A stretch of 64,000 nucleotides of DNA from the human T2T-CHM13v2.0 reference genome, Homo sapiens, in NCBI RefSeq assembly GCF_009914755.1, contig NC_060939.1; one strand, 5' to 3'. Under the pieces are notes generated by a model that was not told where the DNA came from, did no database searches, and was given only the letters and a program-made list of their open reading frames with translations. Of this stretch, positions 25,706-41,316 are shown one piece after another. Position numbers and translations under genes: made by a program. Position 1 is the stretch's first letter. Each line of letters begins with the position of its first letter.

Positions 25706-25873
25706 GTAAAGTCCTTTACTTCCCCCGAGGGGCAGAGTGCTGGCTGGGAGGGTAGGAGGGAGGAAAATCTCTGCTTTTTCTTGCCTGCCCTTGCCACTCT
25801 CCAGCCCCTTTCCTGAGCTCCCCCCTCCCCACCCCTGAGACACTACACCACTCACTGGTTTCTGTTTTTCTAG

Positions 25874-25972
25874 GTTTGAGCTGGCTGAAGAAGACGCGAA
25901 AGCAGGAAGAGGTCTGCCCACCTATCAGAGAAGCAGAAGGCACAGTGCCTCTGACCAGCATCGTCTGTAAAG
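25874..25972 (+). other. ASB7: ASB7 5'UTR exon 2 (99 nt)
   Basis: Acceptor tttctgtttttctag|G and donor AAG|gtaatg. Confidence 0.75.
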
Positions 25973-28900
25973 GTAATGAGCCAGCCCTCCCCTCCCCCGT
26001 TGTTTATTCCTGGCCCCTACCTCATTAAGCAGTGGTTTATTTTCAGGGTGGTTGCCTGGGAATGCAACCTTTCCTACCCCCCCCACCCCCACCCCCAGTT
26101 TCCCAGGAAAAACAAAAACATTACCCGTGCCTGATACTTAACATTTTATAACTTCTCTACCCAGGACAGTATTTTCCCACTTTCTTTCTGTACAGTGTGT
26201 TTCTGTGTTTTTCATTATCTTTTGGTACACTGTGCCATTTACTCTGCTCTGAGGCTTTGAGACCTTTTTGTAGCTACCCTCCCTTCCTTACTCTCATAGG
26301 AATTCCTCAATTCCTTGTTAATTGCTTGTTAATTCTGAATGACTTTCCTTTTTAATTAAACCACAATTTACTGTTTTCCCCCTTACTCTTTCCTATCACC
26401 TTTCTTCTACCTGCATCAGAAAAATCTTTTGAGTTATCTAACTGACAACGATTTGGTAGAGAAAGGTAAATTATTGGCCTGAGATTTATGAGTTTCAGAA
26501 AATAGTTTGATTTTATTTCCTACTAGAAAGCCAACCTGTGTACCTTAAGAGTGTGAATGGTATGAAGACAACATTATTACCCTGAAGCACTTAGGCATAA
26601 TTAACTCTTTGGGCTTTCTGTGTGTTTGTGTGTGACAAATGTGGATGGGCTTTGAAACTTATAAAGATACAATGTTTCTTACACCTCAGATTTTCTAGAA
26701 GAACTTTTAAAAATTTGCACAATATCTTATTAATCGTTTGACTCAGGAATTTAAAAACAAAGGAACCTTTTGGTGTGTTTACATATCTGGGTCTTAATTT
26801 TAGCACTCTATAAAAAAGATTTCTCATTTTAAAACTTTTACGTAGAGTTTGCTGGATTGAAATTTAAGCATCTAATTCATGTGATCACATTTCTGCTGCC
26901 ATATTTTGTTGCTGCTTCTGAAAATGCTCTGAAAGTAAACTTAGGACATTAGTGTAATTCCTAAAGGGGGGATATAAGCATGGAAATTATACAAGGTTTA
27001 ATTCCAAAATTAGCCAAATGGATGACTTTTTTAACATCCAGTAGCAAAAGTATAAAGTGACTTGTTAATCTGAGTTATTTTAATATCCCAAATTGTTTAG
27101 GGAATTTTTGTTACAAGGAAGTGCTTAAAATAGCAGAAGTTAATATTTTTGATTTCCTATGTTCCACTGGACTTTCTGCCCTCCACAAAAAGAAATTAGT
27201 ATCTTTACTGATTCTGTTAATTCTTAAGACATAGCTAAAGAGATAAAGACATAGCTTTTAAGGGGATCTGAGGTATGCATATTCTTGAGACATGGAACTG
27301 CATGCCAAAAGAAGAGATTCTAGGGAATAGGATTTAGAATCAGTATCTACCAATGACTGTTCCCTGGTGAAAACTTAGGGCAGCTTTTGTATGTATATGT
27401 AGGGAATCAGGAGTACTAGACTACATCATTTCAGTAAAAGCTACCCGGAAATCTTTAAAGGCTAATTTTTATTATGTAAGTATGGAAGTTGTCAGGGAGA
27501 TGGCCTAATGATTACTTCAGAACTTTTAAAAAATGCTAAAATATTTGAAGTATGTTCTAAAGATCAAAATGAAGTACTGTGTTTTGTATTCAAGCCTCTC
27601 AGTTAAATATTTTTTCAGCTTTACATGTAACTCTAGGACGCTTTCATTTCTAAAGAGTAGTTTCACCTGAGATGGTAAAGGGAAGGAGTCTGTGGCTAGT
27701 CCAGCACATAAGGTAAGAGAGGATAAGTCTTTACTCTGGCTCTCAGCCAGTTCATTCTCATTGCTTAAATCGTATTTCATGGATCATCTCATTTTTTAAT
27801 AGTTTTTCTAAGATTAGGGAATATGTGTAAATTGTCAACATCTGTCATGTTTCTAATATCAGAATGACTGAGAGTATTTGGTCTAGATTATACCAGGCAT
27901 TTAGAATATTTAATTTGGGTATTTATTTACCAACATGGCTAGTTAGGTAGCTTACATTTTTTAACCTGGCAGTTAGCTTTGTATTAATTCTATTGCCAAT
28001 CATGTGGCTTAAAAAAAATCCAATTTATTTCGTCACCAAATATAGATTTATAATCACGTAGGGAGAATAATTGATTTTAATTGAAGATATGCAATGATGC
28101 ATCTTTAGTATACTGTGGCCAGTACTTACATTCTTTACACATAAAGTGATGTCATTTACAATTAGTTAATACTATGACACATACAGTATCTCTTTAATTT
28201 GTTCACGTTTAACTTTGGTGACATAGAGATACACACCATCCCTAAAAAGTCTAAAGCCAGATATCATTTATATGGGCATATCTATTACCTGACTTTCAGC
28301 CTTCCACTTCATAATCCCCTGAATGCCCTCCCTACGTAGGATGATTGTCTCCTTTCTTGCAAACTTTCTAGGAATTGACACATGAGGCTACAAAGATGGT
28401 GTTGGCAGACCTAGGTTAATAAGATAATATTGACAGGACCTCATCATTATAATACTTGTGATTTAAGCTTTGAGTTGGGTCTGGATAAGTCCAAAATTTC
28501 TTCTGTTGCTTCATCCACACTTCATGAAAATTATTGGTTTCTCTGCTGGAATTTATGTGGGTCATGGATAAGTTGTGCATGGTAATAAATCCTTATGTTA
28601 TATGGAGGCCCAGTAATTTGGAGGAAATACTAATACCTTTATTTGTTTTGGATCATAACCACTATGCTATACTTTATTGAGTGACACTAAAATAACACTT
28701 ATACCTTATTTTGGGTTCCAGGCTCCTGATCATATCAGTAGAGCTTGTGAACAGGCATCTCAGCCATGTTCTCCGTTTTGGTACGGCCGTGTAGTGTTTT
28801 TCCATCCATCTTCCCTCTTAGATCTTGTGAATGTGAACCATTGAAGGATTGTTTTTTTTTTCTCAGACCCAATGTCGTCGGAGTTGCTGATTGCATTTAT

Positions 28901-29531
28901 TTTCTTACCAGCATGTATTTTTGTTTACTTTGCAAAGAAATGCTTATTTCTTTCTTTGAGTAATAAGCCATTATCTTGTTGCTAAGTTTATGTGACATCA
29001 GAAAGCACAGTTCAGTTTGCATCACTTAATCAGAAATGTGTGGACTTTTAATGATAATAATATGCAAAAAGTCATTAATGTCTAATCATTTATGCCAAAG
29101 GAGATTTGGGAAATATGGTCAAATTTGGTGAAGGTTTTGTAACTTCGGACAGGTCTTAAGCATATTTTGTTTTATGTTTATTTTATTCTTCACGCTGTTC
29201 TATCATATAGACTTAACTATGTGAAGCAAGAAGTTTTGGGTTTAACTAAATGAACTTCACTTGGCATCTATATGGAAATTAGATGGTAATGTACTTGAAT
29301 TTCTAAATTAGTAGGTTTTAATATGGTCAATAGTATTAAAGCTTGGAAGCCTAGATTCTTTTCTTTTGACCCCAAGTGGAAAAGAAAGTCTTCCTTGTTT
29401 GTTTGCTTTTTTTTTCCTTGTGACTGTGAAAGCTAGAATAAAATTTCTGAAGATCATACCCTCAGAGTATCAGTAGCTCCTGAGTCCACAAAAACATAAC
29501 TAAACATACATAACTTACAAAATTACCTCCT

Positions 29532-29879
<348 letters not shown>

Positions 29880-30864
29880 CTATCAGTTTTTTAATAAACT
29901 CCCTGAGGGAAAATAGGCTTTCTTCCATTCTCATCTCTGGACTTCCTCTGTTGTTTTTTAATAGACATATTTACCACTAGATATTGTGTTTGCTTTTCAG
30001 CTCCATAGTCTTTTCTTCATTTATACACGTGACTCGACTCTGTCAGGCGCAGCTCTCATAAAGTAACACCAGGAGGAAATTACTTGTTGATGCTTTTGAC
30101 TATTTGGGGGTCTTTTGTAATAAATTGTTTTCTGTCGTAATTCAAAGCAGTGTAGCTGACAGGGATCATGTGTGCATGACGTGTGTGTATGTTTTTTTCT
30201 GGTAAACGTTGATGCACTAGTACATGCAGGGAGTACTTTTTTGGTTTAAACCTGTGGTTATTGTTTATAGCACTTGGTATTTTCAGAAAAGAGAAAAATA
30301 ATCTTAAAATGTCTGGGATTTTAAAAAATTCATTTTAAGTATGCAGAACTCTATTGGAATACCACCTGGAGGTGCTGCCTGTGGCCAAACCCTATCACTG
30401 TGCCACGTTAAGTGTCAAGCATTCTGTAGACATTTGTTTGTTTGACTGAAGGAGCTCATATGGAATTAGCACAAGTTGCTACCACCTGTGAATCTTTCTT
30501 GTGGGGAGAAATAGTTTGGCCACTTCATCTTTTACCACCAGGCCTTTTCTTGATATTGTTAATAAATTAACACCATTTCCTATTCTGCTCAGCTCTCATG
30601 CCGTCTTCCCTGACACTTCCAGCTGCCTCCATGGAAGTGGCGGTGGATAGTTGGAAGCCAGCAACAACCACAAGGATTCTTCAGGCTCGAAGCTATGTTG
30701 GGTCATGTTTACTTCTTATGGGAAGTAAGGGGTGCTGAGGACACACTTGGAAGTGAGATGTCCAGTGATGTTCACTCTTGAAATGTAGACGTAGCTCGTG
30801 AAAAGTGGTGGCATATTCATTTGTGGCAATGTGTGAGGCTCATCATTGGGGACACTGATTTGCA

Positions 30865-31290
30865 TTTTAAAATAAACTTTATTGTAGGAAAGCTTTGGAT
30901 TTACAGAACAATTACTGAGGCTGTGCAGAGTTCCTACATGCTCGATACTCAGTTTCTCCTAGTAACATCTTATATTAACATGTTTGTCACCACCTTGAGG
31001 AGAGACTATCTATACAAATTATTTGGAATTCTGAACAACAGATGTGTTTCTCCCCCTTTATTTATCGAATCAGTTATTTGTATCAATGTGAACTCTTGAT
31101 ATCCACTTTGTACTTTGTCATCTGGTACTGTTTTAAGTATTGCTGCAGTTATTCCCTCTTTGGCTATTGAGGGATCTTTCAGTTGGCTCCTGTGTCCCTT
31201 TGACCTCCCCCACCGTGGTGTCTTTCTTTGAGCACCTCCTTGCTTTCTGGCACCGTGTGATGTTCCAGTCTTAGAATCGGCCATTTGTAT
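30865..31290 (-). mobile_element. Old L1M (L1MD-like) 3' fragment
   Basis: aaactttattgtaggaaagctttggatttacagaa..cagagttcc..ttcagttggctcctgtgtcccttt. Confidence 0.65.
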
Positions 31291-32366
31291 AAGGATCGCT
31301 TTGCATGTTTCACAGCTTGCTTTGTAGGAGTTGTTCTGATCTCGTCGGCCTCATTTATTTAGAAATAATAATAGAATTTTAAAACAAATTTTATTTCCAA
31401 GGGCAAGTTGGCAAACTCTTTACCTTCCTTGAAGAGGTTTGACAAGGAAAAGTAGATGAGAATAGAGGAAAAGAGAGAAGTGGACTATACCAATTTGGAT
31501 TGGTTGAAAATTCTGGTGTGCAGCCAGCAGGACATACAACTGCTGCGGGCCAGGTTGCTAAGTGGCCCGACCTTTTCTTGTCTGAAGGTTTAAGTGATGC
31601 TCACCCACCGTCAGGGGATGAGGTAGTAGTTCTCCCAATATGTAATTCCTAGAGTTTTATGTGGAAGTCACTTTGTGTCCTTAACTTTGTTGGAATTAAC
31701 AGAGCTGGAATTTAATTGACACGAAGAAAGATCCCTTTTCTTTTAGTTGTGGAGAGAGTTTATTCAGAATTCACATGGGGAACCTGGCAAGGCTGTTGTT
31801 AATGTTTTATCTAGTTTGGTGTATGCATAAAGGAATAACAATTTCAAAGTGATTGACTTGATGCCTTTAGGGCACATGAAGAAAATGCATTTAAAGACAC
31901 AGTCTCCTTTTAGTTGTCATAGATTTTATTTTAACCCAGGCCACCTATTATATTTCATGCACACGTATTCTCATTTAAGTCCTGTTTAGAAAGTGCAGGT
32001 GACTTATGGTGTCGGTTAAAAAGTAATTCAGATAAAGCAAGTCTGAAACTGTATTCTCAATAGAGGAAAATGAAGAATCTATGCTTGCATCCAAATTCCA
32101 AATATGTGATTTATTATTTTTTTTATTTGCTCTTTCTCAAATAGCTGCATTTTGGGGGGAAAAGCCTGAAACTAAATAGTATTTATTGGAGATGAACATA
32201 TGTAACAAGATTATTTTCTGTTAGAGTTGATCTGAGTTCTTTCTCTGCTCTATAGATTTATTGTAAAGCACTGAAGTTTACATTCATCAAAAGGTAGACT
32301 ATGCAGACAGCTATGATTATTATTTTAAGGAATTTTCCTATGATTGTTATTTTTATTTGTTTCTAG

Positions 32367-32488
32367 GTTAAGAAGGCTTTTTTGCTCTGTAGCCTGGACG
32401 TACTTTGAAGCCCCTCCCCACGATGCTGTACGTGCACAATGGTTACTAGGCAATCCGTACATCAGGAGAAGGGACACTCTTCCATAAG
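32367..32488 (+). other. ASB7: ASB7 5'UTR exon 3 (122 nt) ending in a GC donor
   Basis: Acceptor tttttatttgtttctag|G; donor AAG|gcaagt, the canonical GC-AG consensus. Confidence 0.7.
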
Positions 32489-32872
32489 GCAAGTTGCCTC
32501 AGGGTCATTGGTCATCTGTGTTGTTCCGGGGGAAAGCTCACTTAACTTTTACTTCTCTCTTAAATCAGTTAATGTATACTAAATACACCACTCACTAAAG
32601 AAAACCCAGGTTTGTTTTGATATTGTTTCAGTCTTTTTCTTGCATGGTAGGCCTCGTTTAAGTGCCAACATAATCACTTAATTAAAAAGAAAAGCTGTTA
32701 AGGATGATTGTGAGCATAGTATGTTTCCATTAATTCCTTCAGACGGTCTTCAGCATTTTCTCTCATAACAGAATAAGCAAAAACCTATTCTGAAAGGATT
32801 CTCATTTTAAAATTTCTAAGAAGGGACAATTTTTGTGAAGGAATTGAGAGAAGAAATAAGAGGCAATCTTGT

Positions 32873-33247
<375 letters not shown>

Positions 33248-33704
33248 TTAGTTGTGATACTTAGGAGTAGGTAATGACACCATTTTCTATGTATAAAACA
33301 ACATAGGATATTTGTATTCTTAAGTTGTAATGATTTGACTTAACCTAGGCCTAAGTTTACTTTTGTACAGTCTATAGTAAGTTTTGCAAGATAAACGATT
33401 GTTGGTAGCAAGATTATCCTGATATGTCTAACCTACATATGAGAACAGAAATGTCTTTAAAGGGCTTCATCACAGTTTAAAAAATGTTTAGAAACAAAGG
33501 GACTACTAGTTAAGAGATGAGTCTAATCTATTCCTTCCAGTTAGCACACCTGGAGTGGCTTTCTGGAAGCTTGTTAGTTTTCTGTATGTAGTTAAAAGCT
33601 TAAAAACACACTAAAAATGTTTTTGTATACACACATGTAAGATGCAACTTTTTACCATTTCACTTTGGACTCTTACTGTTTCCATGAAGGAGGTCTCATT
33701 TTAC

Positions 33705-34710
<1,006 letters not shown>

Positions 34711-34885
34711 AGTATGCACTGTCATTAGTAAGGTTTACTGATGTAGCAAATGGAATGTTCTGTGATATTTAATAGATGCAGTATCAGGAACCAGTTATTC
34801 TAAATTTTACCTTTTCTACCTTCTCTTCTTAAAGGCTGATCCCCGTAACCTAATGAATCCTTTGTAAAAAGTGGACTCAGCTAGG

Positions 34886-35096
34886 ATGTTACACCATCAT
34901 TGTCGAAGGAACCCTGAGCTCCAGGAAGAGTTGCAGATTCAGGCCGCGGTGGCTGCTGGGGATGTCCACACAGTGCGAAAGATGCTAGAACAAGGCTATT
35001 CCCCGAATGGCCGAGATGCGAATGGCTGGACTCTGCTTCATTTCTCTGCAGCAAGAGGAAAGGAAAGATGTGTTCGGGTTTTTCTAGAACACGGAG
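34886..35096 (+). CDS. ASB7: ASB7 (ankyrin repeat and SOCS box protein 7) first coding exon (exon 4 starts at 34835)
   Basis: MLHHHCRRNPELQEELQIQAAVAAGDVHTVRKMLEQGYSPNGRDANGWTLLHFSAARGKERCVRVFLEHG (ankyrin repeats); acceptor ttctcttcttaaag|G at 34834/34835; donor GAG|gtgagt at 35096/35097; 211 nt, phase 1. Confidence 0.95.
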
Positions 35097-36656
35097 GTGA
35101 GTTTTGTAGAAGCAAATCTTTTTCCCCATGGAGAAACATAAATGATGTTTAGTTTAAAATGTGTCTATTTGTAATTTTTAATGCTTCTCTTCTGTTAATA
35201 CTCAACATCTTATTCTCTCTCCTTTGTGAAGATTTGCTATAAGTGTGCCTTTTTGTTTAAAACCAGATTGTTTAAAAGATCAGTTTTATGAATGGATTCT
35301 TTTCCCTGAAACTGTAGTGTCTGTACAGCCAGGTTTGCCCAGGTTATTTCAGCTAAGCTACCTTTCTTCAGGTTGTCCAGCTGCTTTTGTTTCAGAAGCA
35401 GAAGTGGCTGTGGTATGCCCATAATTAGAGAATTGCACAAGTTTCCCCTGTTGATTATTGCTTAAGCGTATAGACCGAGCACCAGTCCTTTAAACATCAT
35501 GGCCTAATGATACCCTATCCTTATCTTTTTGTTTCAGATGCTTTCCTTTGTTATTTTAGAGCACTTGTTTTTTCCAGAAACTGTACATAGTTTGTAGGTA
35601 TACTATAAGAAGATTGGTTATCTGAGATCTAATTTTGTATAAATATGTGCAATTGGAAACTATATTTGACATATTAATGTTTTTGCTTTGAAAAACTGTT
35701 CATTCCCATGGTTTTTAAACCAATGATTGTCCAAAACTACTTTCTCCAGTTGAATTTCAGCCTACTTTATTTTCCTAGAGATGGGTTTTTTATATATTTG
35801 ATCATGTATACCCACATTATCTCTGTAAATTATGGTTGAAAGCAGCTTGGTTGGGGACTCAAATTACATACATGCCATTCTAGGGCTTTAATTGCTCATT
35901 AGAAGTGATTTAGTTTCCTTCCTAAGGTGCACTTTGTTACAAAACTAGCCAAACTTCCTTGCATTTTGAGGTGCAGAAAAATGTTGGAAGTTCTAGAATT
36001 CTTATGAGGGTCATGTGAATAATGTGAATATATGAATACAAAGGCTAACAGGATGGACTGATTGCAAGGCATGCTAACACTGAGACTAGGAGTAGCCACA
36101 TGGCCCAGGGGCCCTGAAATGGGAACTATGTGCCTGAAATAGTTGACCATTGTCAGAACCCAGAAATTCTCTGGCCTGTGCCTACTTTGTAGCTTGTCTT
36201 CCATGTCATTTCACCTTACAACACAAAAACTTCAGTTCTGAAGTTGATGAAAGGGAAATAGAAGTGGAACGCCAGGAAAAAGATCTGTAAAAAGTAAAAG
36301 GTGGGTGTAAAGTCAGAACGGTTAAAATTCTATGCAGGGCTTCATAACATTAAGACCAAGATGAGGGCTCACAATGTTTATTCCACCTAGTCCTGTTGCT
36401 TTTCACTTCTGCCAGCCTTACTTTAAAAAAAGTTACTAAAAGTTCTGTTATTCAAGTAATACATGAATATTGTCTCTTTCAAATGAAGCAAATCTTCAGT
36501 TAAATTATACAAATAAAGCCAAAGTCCCCTTTGACTAACCCCTAATCCTTGTCCATCTGCCTCTGTGTGGATGTAACTGGGTATACGTTTGGTTTAGTGC
36601 TTATCCTTCTGGAGTATTTCCTGACACTATTACATGGACTCATAGAAATTCAGTCA

Positions 36657-37082
<426 letters not shown>

Positions 37083-37087
37083 TTAAT

Positions 37088-37522
37088 AGCAGGAGTCTGC
37101 AAACTTGTTCTGTAAAAGGCCAGATAGTAAACATGAGAGGCTTTGTGTGCCGTACTGGCTTTGTAACTACCCAGCTCTGCAGTCGGAGCCTGGAAGCAGC
37201 CACAGATAGTATGTAAACTAATGGGTGTGGCTGTGTTCCAGTAAAACTTTATCAAAACCAATGGTGGGGGGAAAAAAAGAAAAAACCAGTGAGGGGCTTA
37301 GAGGCTGTAGCAGGGGCATCCAGTCTTTTGGCTTCCCTGGGCCACATTGGAAGAAGAATTGTCTTGGGCCATGAATAAAATGCACTAACACTTAACAACA
37401 GCTGATGAGCAAAAAAAAAAAAAAAAAAAGCAAAAAAGTCTTATAATATTTTAAGAAAGTTTATGAATTTGTGTTAGGCTGTATTCAAAGCTGTCCTGGG
37501 CTGCATGCCCACCGTGGGCTGC
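37088..37522. mobile_element. MER58A followed by MER30 (hAT MITEs)
   Basis: gcaaacttgttctgtaaaaggccagatagtaaaca..gtgtggctgtgttccagtaaaacttta, then caggggcatccagtcttttggcttccctgggccacattggaagaagaattgtcttgggcc..ggttggacaagcttg. Confidence 0.8.
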
Positions 37523-37582
37523 AGGTTGGACAAGCTTGGGCTATAGTTTCTGAATCTTTCTCTCTGTATATATGTATGTATC

Positions 37583-37915
37583 TAGTTACGTGCAGCATAA
37601 GGACATTTTGCTCAATCATGGACCCCATTTACAATGGTGGTCCCATAAAATTATAATACCATGTTTTACTGTACCTTTTCTATGGTTAGGTACACAAATG
37701 CCATTGTATTACAGTTGCCTCCAGTATTCAGTACAGTAACATGCTGTACAGGCTTGTGGCCTAAGAACAGTAAGCTATATATAACCTGGGTGTGTAGTAC
37801 GCTGTGCCGTCTAGGTTTGTGTGAGTGCATTTTATGGTGTTCACACAAGAGCGAAATCACCTAACAACCTAGTCCTCAGAATGTATCCCTGTTGTTAAGT
37901 AGTATATATGACTGT
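37583..37915. mobile_element. Tigger3a/MER7-type MITE
   Basis: ggtggtcccataaaattataatacc..tacagttgcctccagtattcagtacagtaacatgctgtacagg..gaatgtatccctgttgttaag..atgactgta. Confidence 0.8.
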
Positions 37916-37924
37916 ATATCTATA

Positions 37925-39310
37925 TATATTTTAATAGCTTTATTGAGATGTAATTCACATGCCACAGAATTCACTCATTTAAAGTGTACAGTTAATGGCT
38001 TTCGGCATATTCATGGAGTTGGATATTCATCAGCAAAGTCAATTTTAAAACATTGTCATTACCCCCAAAGAAACCTTCTGTTGGTTCTATTAATACATAT
38101 TGATTCACTCTTCTTTTCAGCTGCTGAATATAGTATTGATAGGTATGGATATACTATCATTTGTTTATTCTCTTTTATTTTTTGAGAACGGCTGGAATTT
38201 TCACAGCAGGAGATTTTGTTTTTTGAAAAGGTAGTGCATACATACATGGTTAAAAAGCCACTTAAAGCTGATCAGTGAGGGCAAGTCTCTAACTTTTAGC
38301 CCCAGTCCTTTACTCTTCTTCTAGAGGCCATCTCTTTCACCGGTTTCTTTTGTACCATCCAGAGATAGTCTATGCATGTAGGCAGAAATATTTTTCCGTT
38401 TTCTACCTTGTAGCCAGCTCCCTTTTTAAAATGTTCTGTTCCTCCTCTTGATTTTTTCACATAACAGTTAATTTAGTGATAGTTCCTTATCTGCATAGGA
38501 CTCTGTCTCAGATTCCATCGTATGGATGTAATTTATTTACACTTCTTATTGTTGGACATTGTAAGTTTTCATTTTTCTGCTACTAGAAACATTACAGAGA
38601 ATGTCCTTGAATGATCGTGTTACATTATGTGAGAGTTTATTTCTTGACTAACTCCTAGAAGTGCATTTGCCAAGTCAAAACATTTTTTATGGATATTGGC
38701 AAGTTGTCCTCCGAAGAGATTGTCATCATTTTATGTCCTTACTGACCGGGCAGGATAGTGCCTGTTCACCTGCCTTTGCTAGTGATGTACTTACCAGATG
38801 GTTTTTCTCTTTCCTGGTGTGATATACCTGCCTCTCTTTTTCTTTTTTTTTCTTGGAAAAAATGACATATGAGTAACAAACATTGCAAGACTGGGCTTTT
38901 TGTCTTACTGATTTGTTGGAATTGTTTATATATTCTCCTTTGTTAGATTTTGCGATGTTTTCTCTCTTTCTGTAGTTTTTTTCACATTCTTGTTTTTGTT
39001 GTCGGGCAGAAGTCTACATTTCAATGTAGGTGAATTATGGTTTTCTTTAGCCTTATCGTTTGTGCCCTTGGTGTCTTGTTTAGGAAGTATACTGCAGGGT
39101 CATTATTTGCCTTTGTTTTCTTCTAAAATGTTTTATGGTATTTAGCTTTTTAATCTGTTCAGAATTGGCTTTGGTGTATATGAGGTAGCCTGGTACAGTT
39201 TCACTTTTTTCCCATAAAGACAGCCTAAATCATGCCTTCTTTCTTCATTACTGTGCACTAGGTCAGATATAAGGTTTTCATATATGTGTGGTTCCATTTC
39301 TGAGTTTTTA
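37925..39310 (-). mobile_element. Fragmented old antisense L1M (L1MB/ME)
   Basis: tttaatagctttattgagatgtaattcacatgccacagaattcactcatttaaagtgtaca and further T-rich L1 remnants. Confidence 0.65.
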
Positions 39311-39479
39311 TTTAAAACAACAAATATTTTGGATAAGCCCTGTATTTGTTTTTATGTAGCACCTTTTACCTGATACCCTTTCCCTAGTAGAATAAGAGAT
39401 TCAGAAAGTGTTTCACCCAGTGTATTATGAACCAACTTAGAAAAATTAGTAGAAGCAAACACCTACTGCCCACTTGCTT

Positions 39480-40480
39480 ATGGCCACCTGTGGTGCTTAG
39501 GCATGCTCTGTATTTAGTGTAGTCCTGGCTTATGACCTCTAGATCAGTGTAGCCAACTATGTGTTTAATGTCTGCACTCTCATGGCTCATAGACATCGCC
39601 AGCACAGCACAAGCTGTGTCCATTCTCACCACGGTGTTCATTCTAGTAAGTGTCACCACAGCCTCTGATTGCCATGCCAGAAATCTAGAAACCATCCTTG
39701 GTACCTTTTCCTTACCTCTAATATGACTGATTGCTAAGTCTTATTGATTCTGCCTCCTAAAAAGTTGTCAGAGCTTTTCACTTCCTTTCCCTGGAGATGC
39801 CACCCCATTTTTGGGCCAGGAAACATTCCTCACCAGGACTGCTACAGTGGTCTCTTCCATCCCTGCCTCCAGTCTTGCCCCCTCCCAACCAGTCTCCAAA
39901 TAATGTGACCTGTTAAAATGGAAATAAAAATATTTCCTTTTAAAAATCCATAATTGGTTTCCCATTTCTCTTAGGATGATATTCAAAGTTTATAGTGTGA
40001 TCCACATGGTGCTGCAGTGCCTGGCCCCTCTTACCTTTCCAGCTGCAGCTTTGAGCCACAGCCCCTCTGCATTCTTTCAGAGTCACTGAGTGCAAAGGTT
40101 TTGGCCTGGGACCCTCTTGGGTCACGCTTCTGCTCTCTCCCCACCCCTGCCCCATCACCTTGCTCTGCCTGCTTCTCTCTCAGCTCTCACTGATCGTTTT
40201 CTCAGGGAAACCTCTTACCAGCCAGACCGGGTCACCCGGGATCCTTGTATATATCCAGACCAGGTTACCTAGGATCCTTGTATATATCCCTGCTATGTGA
40301 TACTGTTGTTCCCTGTGTGATGTTATCCCTCTGTTATATGATATTATTGTTCCCTGTACTTTTTTATTATTACAGCTATCATAAGCGTAATGAATTGTTT
40401 TATAGTTCTTTATTTTATGTCTATATCTCTGATTCATCTAAAGCTTCTTGAGGGTAGAACCCATATCTGTTTTGCTTCCG
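39480..40480 (+). mobile_element. L2 remnants
   Basis: ccagaaatctagaaaccatccttg..gattctgcctcctaa..aagcttcttgagggtagaacc resemble L2 3' motifs. Confidence 0.6.
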
Positions 40481-40608
40481 TCAAGAAAGAAAGCGAAAAC
40501 TAACACCAGTTATCTAAAGTAATTGTTCCTCAGTTTTACAGAGACAAGACCAATCTTTTCTTTTATCAAAAAATACTGGAAATGGGCCGCGTTATGGTGG
40601 GATTATAA

Positions 40609-41085
<477 letters not shown>

Positions 41086-41292
41086 GAAACAATGTAATTT
41101 CTTTAAAAGTTTGTGAACTCCAGTCAGATTGGCTCCTCCTGTTAGTAGCTCATTTTGTGGTGGATAGTAAACCAAAATGAAGTCAAAGATCCCAATAGGG
41201 AACAGTGAGTGGACTAACTCATAAGAAACAAGACTTGACTTTTCACTCTCTCTTTTTCTCTCCCTCACCTTCTCACCCTGCTGTGTTTGTGG

Positions 41293-41316
41293 TGTGTGTG
41301 TGTGTGTGTGTGTGTG
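41293..41316. repeat. (TG)n microsatellite
   Basis: About 12 TG units, seen directly. Confidence 0.9.

Noticed and set aside
24772-25961. Long overlapping ORFs (132-257 aa) on the minus strand of the CpG island
   Set aside because: Expected from stop-codon scarcity in GC-rich DNA; low-complexity G/P/R/A content, no domain, mostly non-ATG starts.
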